A stretch of 64,000 nt of DNA from Octopus vulgaris (Eukaryota): positions 70,060,001-70,124,000 of the forward strand of contig OX597822.1 in assembly GCA_951406725.2 (NCBI GenBank), given 5' to 3'. The notes under the pieces were generated by a model. The model made no database searches. It worked only from the letters and a program-made list of their open reading frames with translations, and was not told the origin of the DNA. Positions 26,206 to 40,836 of the stretch are shown in pieces (position 1 is the stretch's first letter; each line of letters begins with the position of its first letter). The position numbers were made by a program, and so were the translations under genes.

Positions 26206-27524
26206 TTGTACAGGATGTTTGTCAGATATCTATGTATTTGCATTCTTATGTATATTACTTACTGAAACCCTTTGCTCCCAATGGACCAAAGGTCATTGAT
26301 GAATTTGGTAATGGTGTTTGTTTTACCTGTAAAACAGTTAATAAAATTCATAAAATAAAATGAACATGTGGAGAGGGGAATTTTGAAGTTTTGGGTTAGG
26401 GCTTTTCAAGCCTGCATCATGAAGTGAAGCGAGTTCTGATGGATTGAATAAAACTCACTAATACTCATGGTCCACAATCTTATATTTTATAAGTTAGTAT
26501 CTTCCTGTTTATCATCAAGAAATATTAATTATGTTTATTAATTTAACTGAATGGAAGAAATCGCAGAATATCAAGCTAAATGCTATGTAGTATTACTTTC
26601 ATCCTTGTAACTTTGGTGTTCAAAATAGGCTCTTGCCTTTCAACCCTCTAGGGGCAATAAGATAAGCAGCAGAAATGCACTAGGGATGATTCAATCAACT
26701 GTGTCCTTCACCGACTATTTGTAGCTATGTGCCAATATAAGGAATTATAATTAGAACTATCAAATTACTAAAGGCTGAAGTTTTGGTTTAAAAAAAAAAA
26801 AATTTGTAATATTTTGAATAATGTTGATTAATTTTCTTCAGATCTTCTTATAGTTAATTTTCATAGGGTAAATACAAAGTATTTCTTCTGCTAGAATATG
26901 GAAAAAAAAAAAACTCTGCCTGTAGACCTCAACGGTTTCACTCAAACAAATTATTGGGTAGGATAAATTTACATAATTTTGAGAGATGTACTAGCACTCT
27001 GTTTCTCTGTGTTTGTGAATAAATGAAAAATAAACTATCCTTATATTTAGATAAAAATGTCCATTTATGGCTGCATGTGAATTTAAATGTGCATCTATAC
27101 TGGTGCATGCATATTGATGAAGTGCACATTCATAGTAATAGTTGGGAGGAAGTAAATACTTTTGTATGTATTTCAATGAAGTTATTTTAGGCAATTCTGA
27201 CTGTATAGAAATATTAATAACCAAGTTAAAAATATAAAGATATGCAGGATATATAAGTTAGTATTAATATATTTAATATATCATCATCATCATCTTTGTT
27301 TTACTGTTCACTTTTCTTTGCTTGCATATGTCAGACAGGGAATGTTGAAGCTCTTCCTGTTGCCAACCTTGACTTGTTTCTAAGCATGGTTGTATTTCCC
27401 TGCAGCTGGACATATTTCTACAGAAGATTGGAAATGAAGGCCACTGATTGTATGACAGTGATGCTTATTTACAACTATCCCATAATGTTAAGAGGCGATG
27501 TAAACATATGCATGTGCACATATA

Positions 27525-27555
<31 letters not shown>

Positions 27556-27585
27556 TCATCTGTGCATGTATTTATACATATATAA

Positions 27586-27921
27586 AGACTCCCTTCGGCC
27601 ATGAGTGACCATGGGATTGTACCTAGAAAGTTAACCTCTGAGGTACAACTCTGGGCAAAGTTGTTTATGGAAAACCATCAGTTGCCCATGCATACCAGCC
27701 TCCCCTCTTCCCTCCATCGATGTTATCTAAGGGAAAGGCAAAAGCTGATACAGCTTGGCACCAGTGATGTCACAACTCATTTTTTACAGCTGAATGAACT
27801 GGAGCAATGTGAAATAAAGTGTCTTGCTCAAGAACACAACACAGACTCCAGTTCGGATATTGTACTCACTACCTCATGACTGTGAGCCCAACACTCTAAC
27901 CACTGAGTCATGTGCCTTCAC
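27586..27921 (-). mobile_element. tRNA-derived SINE (family E)
   Basis: Head GTGAAGGCACATGACTCAGTGGTTAGAG; homologous to 28646-28984. Confidence 0.82.
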
Positions 27922-28645
27922 ATAAGGGTACGGGTAAAGACCCCCTTATACACACACTCATATACACTGGGCCTTCTTTCAGTTTTCATCTATGAGGTCC
28001 ACCTTCACGGCTTTGGTGAGAATCATAATAAAAGACACATGCATTAGGACTAAACAATAAACCATGCGATTGGGAAGCAGACTTTCTAACCATACAGTCA
28101 TATCTGTGCCTACATGGAGCATTAAAAAGCTAACTAGAAATCGATGATTAAGGAATTAAAAACCAAATACACTATTAGGCAATGAATAATATTAGTCATT
28201 TTCTGATATGGATGGGAAACAACTCTAGACATATTTTGGTCTTATTCTGACATCATTCACAAAAGCATACCTTTTACTATACTTGCTGATAGTTGGATGG
28301 AGTAACTTCTTCAATATATAATATCTTCAAGAAGGATCATTGAAGAAAATTACATAGGTGTCTTAAGTTTTCAGTTTTAAATGATAACAGAAGTAGGGAT
28401 TGGAGGAATATGTTAATTTTTTAATGACTCTTTTGCTAGCAGCACTAAAATTCTTGTAAAATTCAATCTGTTAATTTGTTTTGATTGGTATAGTTTCAGA
28501 TTGTCAGCATTGTTTTAAGATAGAACTTCAAACATACCTTTTATTGTACAGTCCATGCCAGGATGTAACAAAGAAAATATAATGATTACATTGATGTACA
28601 ATAAATCACCTTATTAATTCAATCATAGGCAATCAAGATGATTAT

Positions 28646-28984
28646 GGGAGACCCCTTTCCGTCATGAATGACCATAAGATTGCACCTAGAAAGTTACCCT
28701 CCTAGGTACAAGTCTGGGCAAGGTTGTTTATGCAAGGCCAGCAGTCACCCATGCATACTAGCCTCCCCTCTTCACACTACTGATGTTATCCAAGGGAAAG
28801 GCAAAGGGGCCTATACAGCTTGACACCAGTGATGTTGCAACTCATTTCTACAGCTGAATTAACTGGAGCAACGTGAAATAAAGTGTCTTGCTCAAGAATA
28901 CAACATGCAGCCCAGTCTGGAAATCGAACTCACAACCTCACAATCGTAAGCTCAACACTCTAACCACTGAGCCATGTGTCTTCA
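28646..28984 (-). mobile_element. tRNA-derived SINE (family E) with 12-bp TSD
   Basis: CAAGATGATTAT at 28634-28645 and 28985-28996; A and B boxes on the minus strand. Confidence 0.88.
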
Positions 28985-31900
28985 CAAGATGATTATATAT
29001 GTCAATTTTAATACATTATGTCTATTTTAATTGGTTATTTATTTTAGTAAAACCAGTGCTGTTTATCAGAAGTCTTTGCTTGACTTTTCTCTTTATTTCT
29101 CTTAAGTTTTCATTGGAAAATTTCTTTTGTAATGGTCAATTTATCTCATGATGGATTAGGCTTATCTTTATTCTAGATACATTTTGCTAATTCTGACCTC
29201 ATCATTTCTCTTGTCAAGTTTTTGCTCTTCTTTTATTCAGATTTTTAGCAACTACTTATATTCACCTTCCTATAACTTCAGGCTGCACCATGACACATCT
29301 TTGCCATCTTCTTCTTTGGTAACCTTATATCTCCCTATAGGAAAACAGTTGTTCCTGTTCATCTATCATGCCTTAACCTGGCATAAAGCTACCCCACCTC
29401 AATACTACTCCCCCCACCAGCTGAGGGGTCTTATTTTGTGAATTACTTGGTGACCTCACAAGTGCCAGTACTATGTAAAAAGCACCTTGAATGATGTGAA
29501 GTGATTGGCGTTAGGAAGAGCATCCAGCCATAGTAGACATTGGAGTTTGGTGCTGTCCTCTGGCTCACCAGATTCTGTCAAACTGTCTAACCCATGCCAC
29601 ATGGAAAATGGACATTAAATGATGATATATAAGTCTTTCCACATTGCTACTATCTGATTTTAACAAAGAAATCCTTTAAACTTATAATTTGGATATGATG
29701 AATATTCTGAGGCATAATGAGTTGCTTCTGACCCTTCTTATCTCACTGACCATAGATTCTTTGTACCTTCCCTGACCTTTGCAGAGGTTGGCTCACAGTG
29801 AACCTATGTTTTAATTTTCCCATGTTTGTAAGTTAATGCAGCAAATATTTGTCTGCCTGCAATGACTTCTTTTGGTAGATAATTATCTCTTCTGTATTTC
29901 TAATTTTTGAATTTGATGAGGCTCTTCTTGATGCTGTCAATGGGGATAATAGACATTTTGATATTGCTAACTGTGAGTTGCAAAATATATGAAGTTATGT
30001 GCAGGTGTGGCATAGTTGTGTGATTAAGGAGCTTGCTTCTCAGCATTGTGATCTTGGTCTTGGGTTCAGTTCCACTACAAGGCACCTTGGGCTCGTGTCT
30101 TCTACCATAGCCACTGGCTGACCAAGGTCTTGCGAGTGGGTTTAGTAGATGGAAAATGAAAGATGTGTGTGTGTGTATACTCTTGTTGGACATCATGAGA
30201 TAATTGTAAATGAGCATCATTGTTATACAAGCGAGGTTGTTTGTCTCCAGTCTTCTGTGAAAAAAAAAAAAGTGTCTGGCCTTGGGGAAATATTACTTTA
30301 CTTGGAAACAGGTGAGAGTTGGTGATAGGAAAGGCACCAGGCCATAGAAAAAAATCTGTCTCAACAAATTCTATCTGGCTCATGTTAGCATGGAATAGTG
30401 GATTTTAAATGTCAATGATGTTGTGATGCTTTCTTTTACTATGATGAATTTCATAGAGGTCTGCATGATAGTCATTTAGTCCTGTAGGGTAGGATTTAGG
30501 TGAGCTGATGGTGTTAGAGATGTATCTAGTTTTACTGCTATTACTGCTTAGTTGTCTTCAAAAGTGCTCACTATATAAATGTGAAACTGTAGACCCCTAC
30601 AAAGCTAGATTTGTCTACTTTGGCATATAATACGTACAAAAAATATGCACTGCAGAATAAATTATTTTACCATGAGGAACCTGATAAAAAATATAAATTC
30701 ACAGTTAATATTTCCAAAACTTACTGTACCTTATCCTACAGCTGAAATTTGTTGTTTCACTAATGTTTTCATTATTTTTCCTGGTGGTCTATTTATTTAT
30801 TTTATTTCATTTCATTTACTTTTTTTTTGTAGATTCAGGTAATTTTAGAGTCTGGTTTTAACCATGCCAGAACCATTGGGAATAAGTTAATCATATCAGT
30901 AATAATCATTTGGCAGGATATATTGGAGTTATTGATTTGTTTCACCAAGTGTTCAGTGTTTTTCCACAAATGAAAAATTTCTACTTATGGAGAAGAAATA
31001 ATTTCACCAGGAACTAATTCAAAGAGGCACCACCAAGACTGGACATGAGCTTTAATAGAACATTAGGTTTGATGTCTGCTGCTTTACTACCCAAGTCCTC
31101 ATCTCTCTGTTGTCACCAACTCTTCTGTTAGACAAGTGGGCTAGGGATGTTTAATACTTTGTTTTTGGCACACTAGCTCCTTCCTGAGTCATATAGATTC
31201 ATAGGGCTGATCTCCTGGTTTCTATGGCGTATATATTTCCCACATGGATGGGACACTGGTCTGTCACAGGGTTATCACTTTTTCCAGTTGAGTGGACTGG
31301 AGCAACATGAAATGAAGTGTTTTGCTCAAGAGTACAATGTATCAGCCAGTCCTGGAATCAAAAGCACAATCTTACACTTGTGAGTCTAACACCCTATCCA
31401 CTAAGTCACGTGCCTTTTGGCACAATGCTGTACCAGAGTTTTACACTTAATCCACTTGGCCATTTTAGGGCTGTATTTTTCCCTGGAGAGAAAGGTGAGG
31501 ATATCTGAGTTCTGGGAACTCTTGCTTGAGGGTTTCTGTATCTTGTGGATAGCAGAAATACATTGCTGGTTGCCAACAAAGGGTGACAAAATGAATTACT
31601 TGTAGAACAGATAGCTCTGATATATCTCTAACTTTTAAGAGGATGCAATAATTGTTTTGTTACAAGGCCAATGAGAGTTGCCTCAAAATAAGCCATTGGC
31701 CTTCATAACTATGACTGTTATCAGCTGAACTGGCATAATGCCCAGTAGAAGCAGTAATTACTTTAGCTCTTCTAATGTTTGAGGTAGGTCTTCTCAATGA
31801 TGCCAAGAACTTTGAAGAATCATGTTCCTACTGACATTCTAATTTTTGGGTTGGAAGGGAGGAAGATTACAATAATATTTACATTTGTTAATTTCTTGCT

Positions 31901-32192
31901 TTACAACTCCTTTGTACTTTTAGATGTAATATTATTGCAAAAACAGTCTGTATTGATTGCTTGTAAAATAGTTCTTTAATTTTTTGATTGAAATAAAAAA
32001 AAAATTTCATTTTTACTAAACCAGACATGGCTAACTGTAAGTATTGCTGTGTGGCTAAGAGGCTTCCTTTGCAACCACGTACTTTCGGTTTCGGTCCCAT
32101 TGCTGTCACCTTAGGCAAGTGTCTTCTACAATAGCTCTGGGCTAACAAATGTGAATTTGGTAGAAACTGTATGGAAGCTCATTGTGTTTGTG

Positions 32193-32239
<47 letters not shown>

Positions 32240-34145
32240 GTTTATATATATACACACACACACACACATCATCATCATCGTTTAGTGTTCATTTTCCATA
32301 CTGTCATGGGTTGAATGGTTTGACAAGAGCTGGTCAGACTCTAATTGTCTGTTGTGGCATGGTTTCTAATAGCTGGATGCCCTTCCTACTGCCAACCCCT
32401 TTGCAGAATGTGCTGGCTGCTTTTTATGTGCCTCTGGTATGGGTGCATTCACACACCACCAACATGAATGCATTTTATGTGGCACTGGCACCTGTAAAGG
32501 ATAAGCCTATATATATATATAGATGACAGCAATTTTATGTAGTTTGATGTGTATTTTTCAAGTACAGGTGTGTGTCCTTGCGTTTGTGGTTGTCCTCCAT
32601 CACTGCTTCACAGTTGATGTTGGTTGCTCTGCTCTCTCCACTAAGCCTAGAATCCCAGAACTCTTACCTCTTCATGTACACCCAGAGATAAATTTTCCTT
32701 TTCTGTCACCCATCAGCTCGCGGTTCTGCCACTTCAGCGTACTATCCTCTGCTGATCTGTCTCTTTTTCTTCTAATTGTTCTTACCTTTCTCAAGTGACC
32801 TTTTCTTTCAAAAGAGATAGAGCCTTGCATGATTTTTCTTATGTCCAGAAGCTCTTATCCCCTCCTGTAACATACATCTTGGTACCTTTATGCTACACTT
32901 GTCTAGTCGTTTCCAACAGTACACATGTAACTGGACCCTCCAGGCCCAATTCTAGGTTACCAACTATTTAGATCATTGGTACACCACCATATTTTGTCTA
33001 TGGATTCCTAGGATTCCTATTTTACAGTACTGGACTCCCTTAGCCATTCACTGTTTAAAAAAAGCCCTATTGTCTTTTTATAATTAAATATTATAAAGAA
33101 TTGTATTAAAAAATTACTAAAGTATTTGACGTATTGTAGAAGTAAAACCAATTAATTGCACATAAACTTTAACAACAAAATCTTATATGGAACCACAATG
33201 GCCATATGGACCCTGGTTGAGAATACCTGATTTAGACTGTGCTTTCACCTATCATATTTAATTTATTTGTACAAGTAGATGAAACTAGCCATTGTTTACT
33301 CTTTTACTTGTTTCAGTCATTTTGACTGCAGCCATGTTGGAGCACCACATTTAGTCGAGCAAATTAACCCCAGGACTTATTCTTTGTAAGCCTAGTACTT
33401 ATTCTATTGGTCTCTTTTGCCGAACCACTAAGTTACAGGGATGTAAACACACCACCATCGGTTGTCAAGCGATGGTGTGGGGACAAACACAGATACACAT
33501 ACATATGTATGTATATACATATATACGACGGGCTTCTTTCAGTTTCCGTCTACCAAATCCAATGACCCCAGTTGAGAATCACTGCTGGTTTAGATGATTG
33601 CTTTGTCAAGTATGTCTGAAACTATGCTCAAGCATTTTCCAAAAGTTATAGCTTGACTTTTCACTTTGCCAGCTGTTCATTAGTGGAGTCACCTTCATCT
33701 AGAAGCATGTGAGAATGCACTTCATTTTTCAGCAATTCTTTGTCAGAAAGTAAGAATGAACACCTTTTTGTTCTCTTAGTTGACTTTGACCTTCTTCTTT
33801 TCAACCTCTTTCCACTCTACCAATCCCTATCCTGGGTTATTAAGTTAAGGAATTGCCTATAGGTAAACAACACTGCCACACCCTGACTACTCTCACCTCC
33901 TATCCACCCTATTTACTCCATTCTAATTCTTTACCCTTAACCTTCTCTTCTATCTGTACCTTTTTCTTTACCACCAACTGTGCATCCTTTTTTTATCTTC
34001 TTTTCTTGTCATCCCTTCTCCTCATCTTAACATCCTCCCTCTCCTGTTTCAGTTCATGTTTATTTCCTTTCTTTGACTCTATGCCTCCTACTAAAATATG
34101 ATCCCCATTGTTACTCCTGCTCTCCTTCATTCTCCACTGCTGTTT

Positions 34146-34201
<56 letters not shown>

Positions 34202-34683
34202 ATCTATTTATTCAGTACTCTCAGTAGACAGTTCACCTTTCTCCATCATAAGGTCTTGCCTAAAACATTAGGCTTCCTCATGGCTAAATAATTAAGTCCA
34301 TTCTGTCAAGTTTATCTACTCATTATATATGCTGCCACTGACCATCACTAGGTTCCTTGGATTCTACTGTTTCACATCTATAATATTTGAGTTGATTTGT
34401 AAGGTTAATGGTATGAGAACTGTCGTCATCATCGTCGTTGGCATGGGTTGCATGGTTTGACTGAAGACTGGCAAGCCAGAAGGCCGTACCAGGCTCCAAT
34501 CTGATTTGGCAAAGTTTCTACAGCTGGATGCCCTTCCTAACACCGACCACTCCAAGAGTGTAGTGGGTGCTTTTTACATGTCACTGGCATGGAGCTGGTC
34601 AGGTGGCACTGGAAATGACCACATCATCAAAATCTGAAAGCCATAAGATAATGCATGATTAGTTCAAAATAATGTGAATAAAT

Positions 34684-34808
34684 CATCATCATTATCCTCA
34701 TCATTTAATGTCCTTCCATACTGGCAAGAGTTGGATGGTTTGATAGGAACTGGAAAACTGCACTAAGCCCTATTGTCTGCTTTGATTGGTTTCTATGGCT
34801 GGACAGCC
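34684..34808 (-). mobile_element. RTE 3'-tail fragment with 9-bp TSD, inserted into a TTAA-type MITE remnant
   Basis: TGAATAAAT at 34675-34683 and 34809-34817; the flanks match the 51064-51287 MITE. Confidence 0.75.
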
Positions 34809-36784
34809 TGAATAAATAAATGTTAGATTTGACAGAATCATCTGAATACTGAAAGGACAAAGCTAGATCTTCTGGTGATGATTTTAAATGATTTCATAGG
34901 AGCCAGAGAAAGGGGATTTAAAAACATATGAAAGGCATCTCAAATCTTTTACCATAAATCTTGGCACTTAGTAACATACAGCCATGTACTGGTGCTTCTT
35001 AGTGTGTATGGAGGCCCCAAGCTGGGGGTGGAATGGGGTGGGGCAATAGGACTGCTTCAGTGAAGTAAAGAAAGATAGGAAGAGTCAGCTGATCTCGTGT
35101 ACCACCATTTTCCTTAACTCCATCTTCAAATGCATTATCTATGTGCAGGTAGGTCTCTTCAGTTAATTGGGCCCTCACCCTTTTGATAGTTTTGCTCCTA
35201 AATAACAAATAGAAGAAATAGTCATGGCAAGGTGTATTCACGGATGTTGTGAATATACTTCATAGGTGCAAGTGTGGCTGCTTCCCAATCACAGCATTTG
35301 TGTTCAGTCCCACTGCATGGCATCTTGGGCAAGGGTCCTCTACTATAGCTCTAGGTTGACCAAAGCCTTGTGAGAGGATTTGGGTGATGGAAACTGAAAG
35401 AAGCCTAGTTTGTGTTACCTTGTCTTGAAATCATATGATAGTTGTAAAAGAGCGTCATTCATTTCTAATATTCTGCAACAAGGCAGTGAGCTGGCAAACA
35501 TGTTAGCACGCCGAGTGAAATGCTTAGCAGTATCTTGTCTGTCTTTATGTTCTGAGTTCAAATTAAGTACCAGTTGCATACTGGGGTTGATCTAATCAAC
35601 TGGCCCACTCCCCCAAAATTTCGGGCCCTGTACCTAGAGTAGAAAAGAATATTCTGCAACAACATGTCTAGCCATGGGGAAAATATTACCTGGCTTTGAA
35701 ACAGGTGAGGATTGGCAACAGGAAAGGTATCCAACTGTAGAAAACTTACCCTAATAAACTCTGTCCCATGCAAACATGGAAAATTGAACATGAAAATGAC
35801 GATGATGATGTTCCAAGAACAGCACAAGAAGGCCAAGTCTATATAACTTTCTCTCATTTGGAATGTATGCGCACATGTTGTATGATTGACACTTGAAAGA
35901 CACAACTAGAAAGGTAATGATGGAAAATTTCCATAACACTTGAATTCGAAAAGAAACATAAATTCCATTTCTTATTATAGAAAACCATGGAATGGTTAAG
36001 ACTGTTGCATTTGATATCAATCCTTTGATAAAGTATGGTATATTAACTTTCTCGCAAAATTCCTCATAAATTATTATACTTCATCACATAGCTCTGAAGT
36101 TTTCTCACTACTCGTGTCATATCTGTGACCCTGATCTACCTACATTGCTCACTCCATTAAATTTGTTCTTCAGTATTTTCAATATGTCACTTTTCTAACT
36201 TCCTTTCTCTTCCTGAATGGCTTTTCATCAATTTCTACTCAGTATATACACTCTTGTGTTGATAGCATGACTCACTTTTGTTCTGCATTATTTAAATTTT
36301 ACAATTTATTGATAATATCGATTTCTTATATAGGCACAAAACCGCACATTCAAAGGACAGGTTTACCAGATTAGACAAGTCTATCACTTAACTAGTATCT
36401 ATTTTATTGACTTTGTGCTGTGTGGAGGTTGGCATGTCAAAGAATAGACCCAGCATTTCCTCTGCATGTTGTAAAAGGCAAATAAAAGAGGTTGCAGTAG
36501 GATTTGCACTCCAACTTTGTAAAACCCTCACTAGCAATGACTACCAAAACAGACCCATGAGTTGGAGGAGGGTTGTTGCCTGAGTGGTGCAAAGGTATCA
36601 TCTGGTAGGAGTAATAGAGAATCACCAACAGATGGTGGCTGCAGTGATACAATATCACCCCCCCCCCCATATGACCATTACTTTAGAAAGATAAAAGGCA
36701 AAAAGCAACTTTGTTGGAATTTGTTTTTAGAATGTAAAGGGTTGAAAGTAAATACTGTAATGCATTTTGTTCAGGGCATTCACA

Positions 36785-37390
36785 ATTCTTTTCTACTCTA
36801 GGCACAAGGCCCAAAATCTTTTGGAGAGGGGGCCAGTCGATTAGATTGACTCCAGTATACAACTGGTACTAAATTTATCGACCCTGAAAAGGATGAAAGG
36901 CAAAGTTGACCTTGGCGGAATTTGAACTCAGAATGTAATGACAGATGAAATACCTATTTCTTTACTACCCACAAGGGGCTAAACACAGAGAGGACAAACA
37001 AGGACAGACACACGGATTAAGTCGATTATATCGACCCCAGTGCGTAACTGGTACTTATTTAATCGACCTCCGTGGAATTTGAACTCAGAACGTAGTGGCA
37101 GACGAACTACCACTAAGCATTTTGCCCGGCGTGTTAACATTTCTGCCAGTTCGCCACCTTAAAAATGTAATATATTTATTTCTTTATTGCCCACTGGAGG
37201 CTAAACCTAGAGGGGAAAAACAAGGACAGACAAAAGGATAAGTACCAGTGCATAACTGGTACTTATTTAATTGACCCTGAAAGGATGAAAGGCAAAGCCA
37301 ACCTTAGCGGAATTTGAATTCTGAAGATAGACAAAATACTGCTAAGCATTTTGCCCAGCATGCTAACGTTTCTGCTAGCTTGCCACCTTG
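36785..37390 (-). mobile_element. Tandem cluster of three family-B SINE units with two different tails
   Basis: Three repeats of GGAATTTGAAYTC...AACTGGTACT. Tails GGCACAAGGCCC-type (36785-36955) and CCCACAAGGGGCTAAAC-type (36955-37160, 37175-37390). Confidence 0.85.
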
Positions 37391-37479
37391 TGCAATCACA
37401 ATTCTGCCAACCCCCTACCATTAGCAAACCTCTTTCCAAACCTCACATTCCAGAGAAAGGTACACTTCAGAGTACCTTC

Positions 37480-37800
37480 CAAAGAGGTTCTGCCAGTTTG
37501 CTTGCATTTAACAAAAAAACCCTAATGTTACTCTCAAGGATTATTTCTGGCTATCTCTTATCCCCAAATACGCTGCAGCTCATTGTTTCTTGCAGTTTCC
37601 TCTGCAAAACTCATTTTCTTAGCAAGGTCATTGAAGGTTTTATTTTCTCTTTAGAGTATTGTTCTCACATCTTGGATACTACTCCTACTGTTTGATGGTG
37701 GCATCCCAGGTAGCATCAGCTTAATTATCTTCTAAAAGACTTTAAATCTCTGCACCATCCTATGTTTGCTGTTCACAGTGTTATTATATAGAACATCACT
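37480..37800 (+). pseudogene. Decayed CR1/L2-group LINE ORF2 fragment
   Basis: ...FSLEYCSHI resembles the conserved (M/L)EYCSHIW segment downstream of RT. Confidence 0.35.
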
Positions 37801-38469
37801 TATCATTTATTCCTGCTAAACATTCAATCTTTAAACTCCACTTTAATCCTTTAGTATTTAAACTGGCCATATCAGATCATATTATCTATATGTTTTATGT
37901 TCAAACCAACCAGATCTACCCTACAGTGTCACTCTAAAAAGAAACAATCACATCATCAGAATCTTTATATTTCCTTGCTTGTGAGACTTATAGCCAAGGG
38001 CTATAGTAGAAGAAGAAACTTACGCAAGGTACCACACAGAGGCTCTTTGGGCAAGTATCTTCTACTATAGCCATAGTTGGGAAACAAACTTAACTGCACA
38101 ATTGCATTGAATAATAATCTGTATGTTTCACATATCGATTGTTTCTCATGATGCACAATACAACTGGTTTAAATAAAATATTTTAACAGACTTTTGTTAT
38201 TATGGGTTGAAGGTATTTCTCTGTTTGTAAATTATTAAACTATCTCATCCTGGCATTATAGGCCAATTTCATCTGTCTCAGCACTTGACTTTAGCATTTA
38301 ACATTTGGTTCCTGTGGTTCATTTGTATTATACATTCATGTGACTTCAAACTTTTCTCTTTTCACACATAGTTATTGATGATTTCATTGTCTAACTACAT
38401 CCCCATTCTTATAACATCCATGTTTCATGTTAGGTATATTTTACAACAGCTGTCTGTGCATCTAAATTC

Positions 38470-38655
38470 TGAGGAGAGTTCATGAAAAAAACAAAAGACG
38501 AAGACAGGTGGTGTAGAAAACAAACAGATGTATTAGTATAACGTTCAGGAATTGAAAAAGTCTTTTATGTTTTGAGCATACTCTCTTCTACAGAAAGGGA
38601 CACAGAAAAAAACAAAGAGAGAAAAAAATGTGTGTAATGGCTACCGATCTATCAA
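38470..38655 (-). mobile_element. Penelope-like terminal fragment with degenerate hammerhead
   Basis: Minus strand CTGTAGAA-GAGAG-TAT-GCTC-AAAA-CATA-AAAG has hammerhead spacing with a mutated core. Confidence 0.4.
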
Positions 38656-40299
38656 ATTGACTCACCTGTAAGGCTCATTATTCTTATATCTGATCTAACA
38701 ACTTGCTCTTAAGTTTCTGGTCTATACTGCAAATAAGTTCAACCATCAACTCCCATCACTTTTCCCTCCAGTATATACCATTATATATATAAATACTACT
38801 TTGGTTGTCTCTCATAGACATCAGTCAATATCTTCAATGCCAAATTGCTATTTCAACAGCTTTACACTTAACCTTTCTTGTAAGTTAATGCAGATCCAAC
38901 AGATTACACTTGACTTGATCTTCTATCGTTGTTCCAGATCCTCTGTAAATTTGCTCATGTTTTACTGCTGTATAGCATCACTCGCTTTGCCTTATTTAGT
39001 CAAAGATAAAGATAGATAGAAAGTAATATAGACAGCAAAGAGAGGGAACCCTTTTATTGCCAATGAGTTATGCTTAATAGTATCCTTTAAATTACTGCTT
39101 AGCAGTAACATATTTGAGACAAATTCTTTCTCAAATCTTCCCTCTCCAACTGCTGTACGCTTTCTGCATTTTTTTTTACGTCATGTTTCATTGACATTAC
39201 ATTGCCGACATATCATACATACAGCCTCCCTTATTTGCACTTGGCAAGAATTTCTCTTCTCTGTAAAAGGCAGCAGTTTTCTCAGCTTGTTCCAGCTTCT
39301 TTGAACTCTTGTCACTATACTATCAATGACTCCACCTCCCGCAATGATTAGGGTGTTAACAAGCCAGTGAGGGAGCCTCTGTCCAGTTGCTTGACCTGCT
39401 AGAAATGGCAGTCAAATTTCCTTGCATCAAAATTTGTTGTGTTAAAATAAAAAGAAGGCATTTGTCCCAGATATAAAAAAAAAAAGGTTTTTTTTTGTTA
39501 AGGCTGACTTGGCTGTGATCATTGGTCTGCTTAACAATATTAAATTGCTAAAGTGGGAAAAAAAAACATAGGGAACTATCACAAGCATTTTCAGACACAC
39601 TCTGTCAGTTGCACGAATGCATTCGGTGCAGGTCACTGCTATTCAATATAAAATTCTATTCTGTTTGTGCATCTTTCAGCTGTAGTTCCTGTGTATGGAG
39701 TTACTCCTCTCAAAATTCTGTATATTTTTTTTTTATTCTCAACCTCTTTTCTGCAAACCCTTTCTGCATAACATATTTGTGGAGTTTTATTGATTTGTGA
39801 GGAAAAATTAGGTTGTCAGCATATGCAATTTCTCATGGGCATTTGATTTTGTCTACATAATGGGAAAATAAACTGCTGCATATTAAAATAGATTTAAGCT
39901 TGTCGGCATTTGCAGTTGCACATACCAGTTAGAATGCAGTTCTAAATTTACGTGTGTACACGCTAAGTTTAGCATGTATATTTTTAGAAGTCAGTCATAA
40001 CAGTATGTAATAGTTAAGCTGTGGGTTTTAATTTTGCAGCATGGTAAATAAATATACTAATTAGGTCAAGAAAAAAAAAAAAAAACTAATCCAGGACAGC
40101 TAATGATTGTGTTGGTAAAAAATGGCTGTCCATCGAATTCAGACTTAGATTGTTGTAAATTCTTGTCCCTTTGGGTATCTTTGTATCTTTTACTTGCTTC
40201 AGACAAGGGACTGTGACTACACTGGAGTACCACCTTGAAGGATTTTAACTGGGGAAAAAAAAAAAAAAAATCAAGCCTGGCATTTATTTTCTAAATCTA

Positions 40300-40625
40300 C
40301 ATTATTTACATTTGACGGATATTTGTCCACCACTACGCCATATGCCCACGGGCATATGGCGTAGTGGTTAAGAGCATGGACTACTAACTCCAAGATTCTG
40401 ACTTCGATTCGAGGCAGTGTCCTGAATAATAATAATAATAACATCGAAAAATACCTTAGGAATGAGAACCCAGGTTCGAAATTTCCCCAAGACACCTGAT
40501 GAAGGCTGGAGGGTATATCAGCCGAAGCATTGTGTTAATAACAAACAAGATGAGGACAAATAGCCGTCAAATGTAAATAATGTAAATAATGTAAATAATT
40601 CCTCATCTCTTAAATATAGAACTGT
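40300..40625 (+). mobile_element. tRNA-headed short element with Penelope-type hammerhead tail and inverted partial duplication
   Basis: A-box TGGCGTAGTGG and B-box-like GACTTCGATTC (40350-40420). GACAC-CTGATGA-A-GGCTG...CAGCC-GAAG-CATT-GTGTT (40491-40536). 40298-40328 is an inverted copy of 40554-40584, and 40329-40368 is a perfect palindrome. It interrupts a family-A SINE tail. Confidence 0.78.
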
Positions 40626-40755
40626 AGTACTTATTCTGTTAGTCTCTTTTGCTAAACTGCCATGTTGCAGGGATGTAAACAACCCAATACCACTTGTCAA
40701 GTGGTGGCAGTAGAGAACAAACACACATGCATAAATATATATGTGTATGTATGTA

Positions 40756-40836
<81 letters not shown>

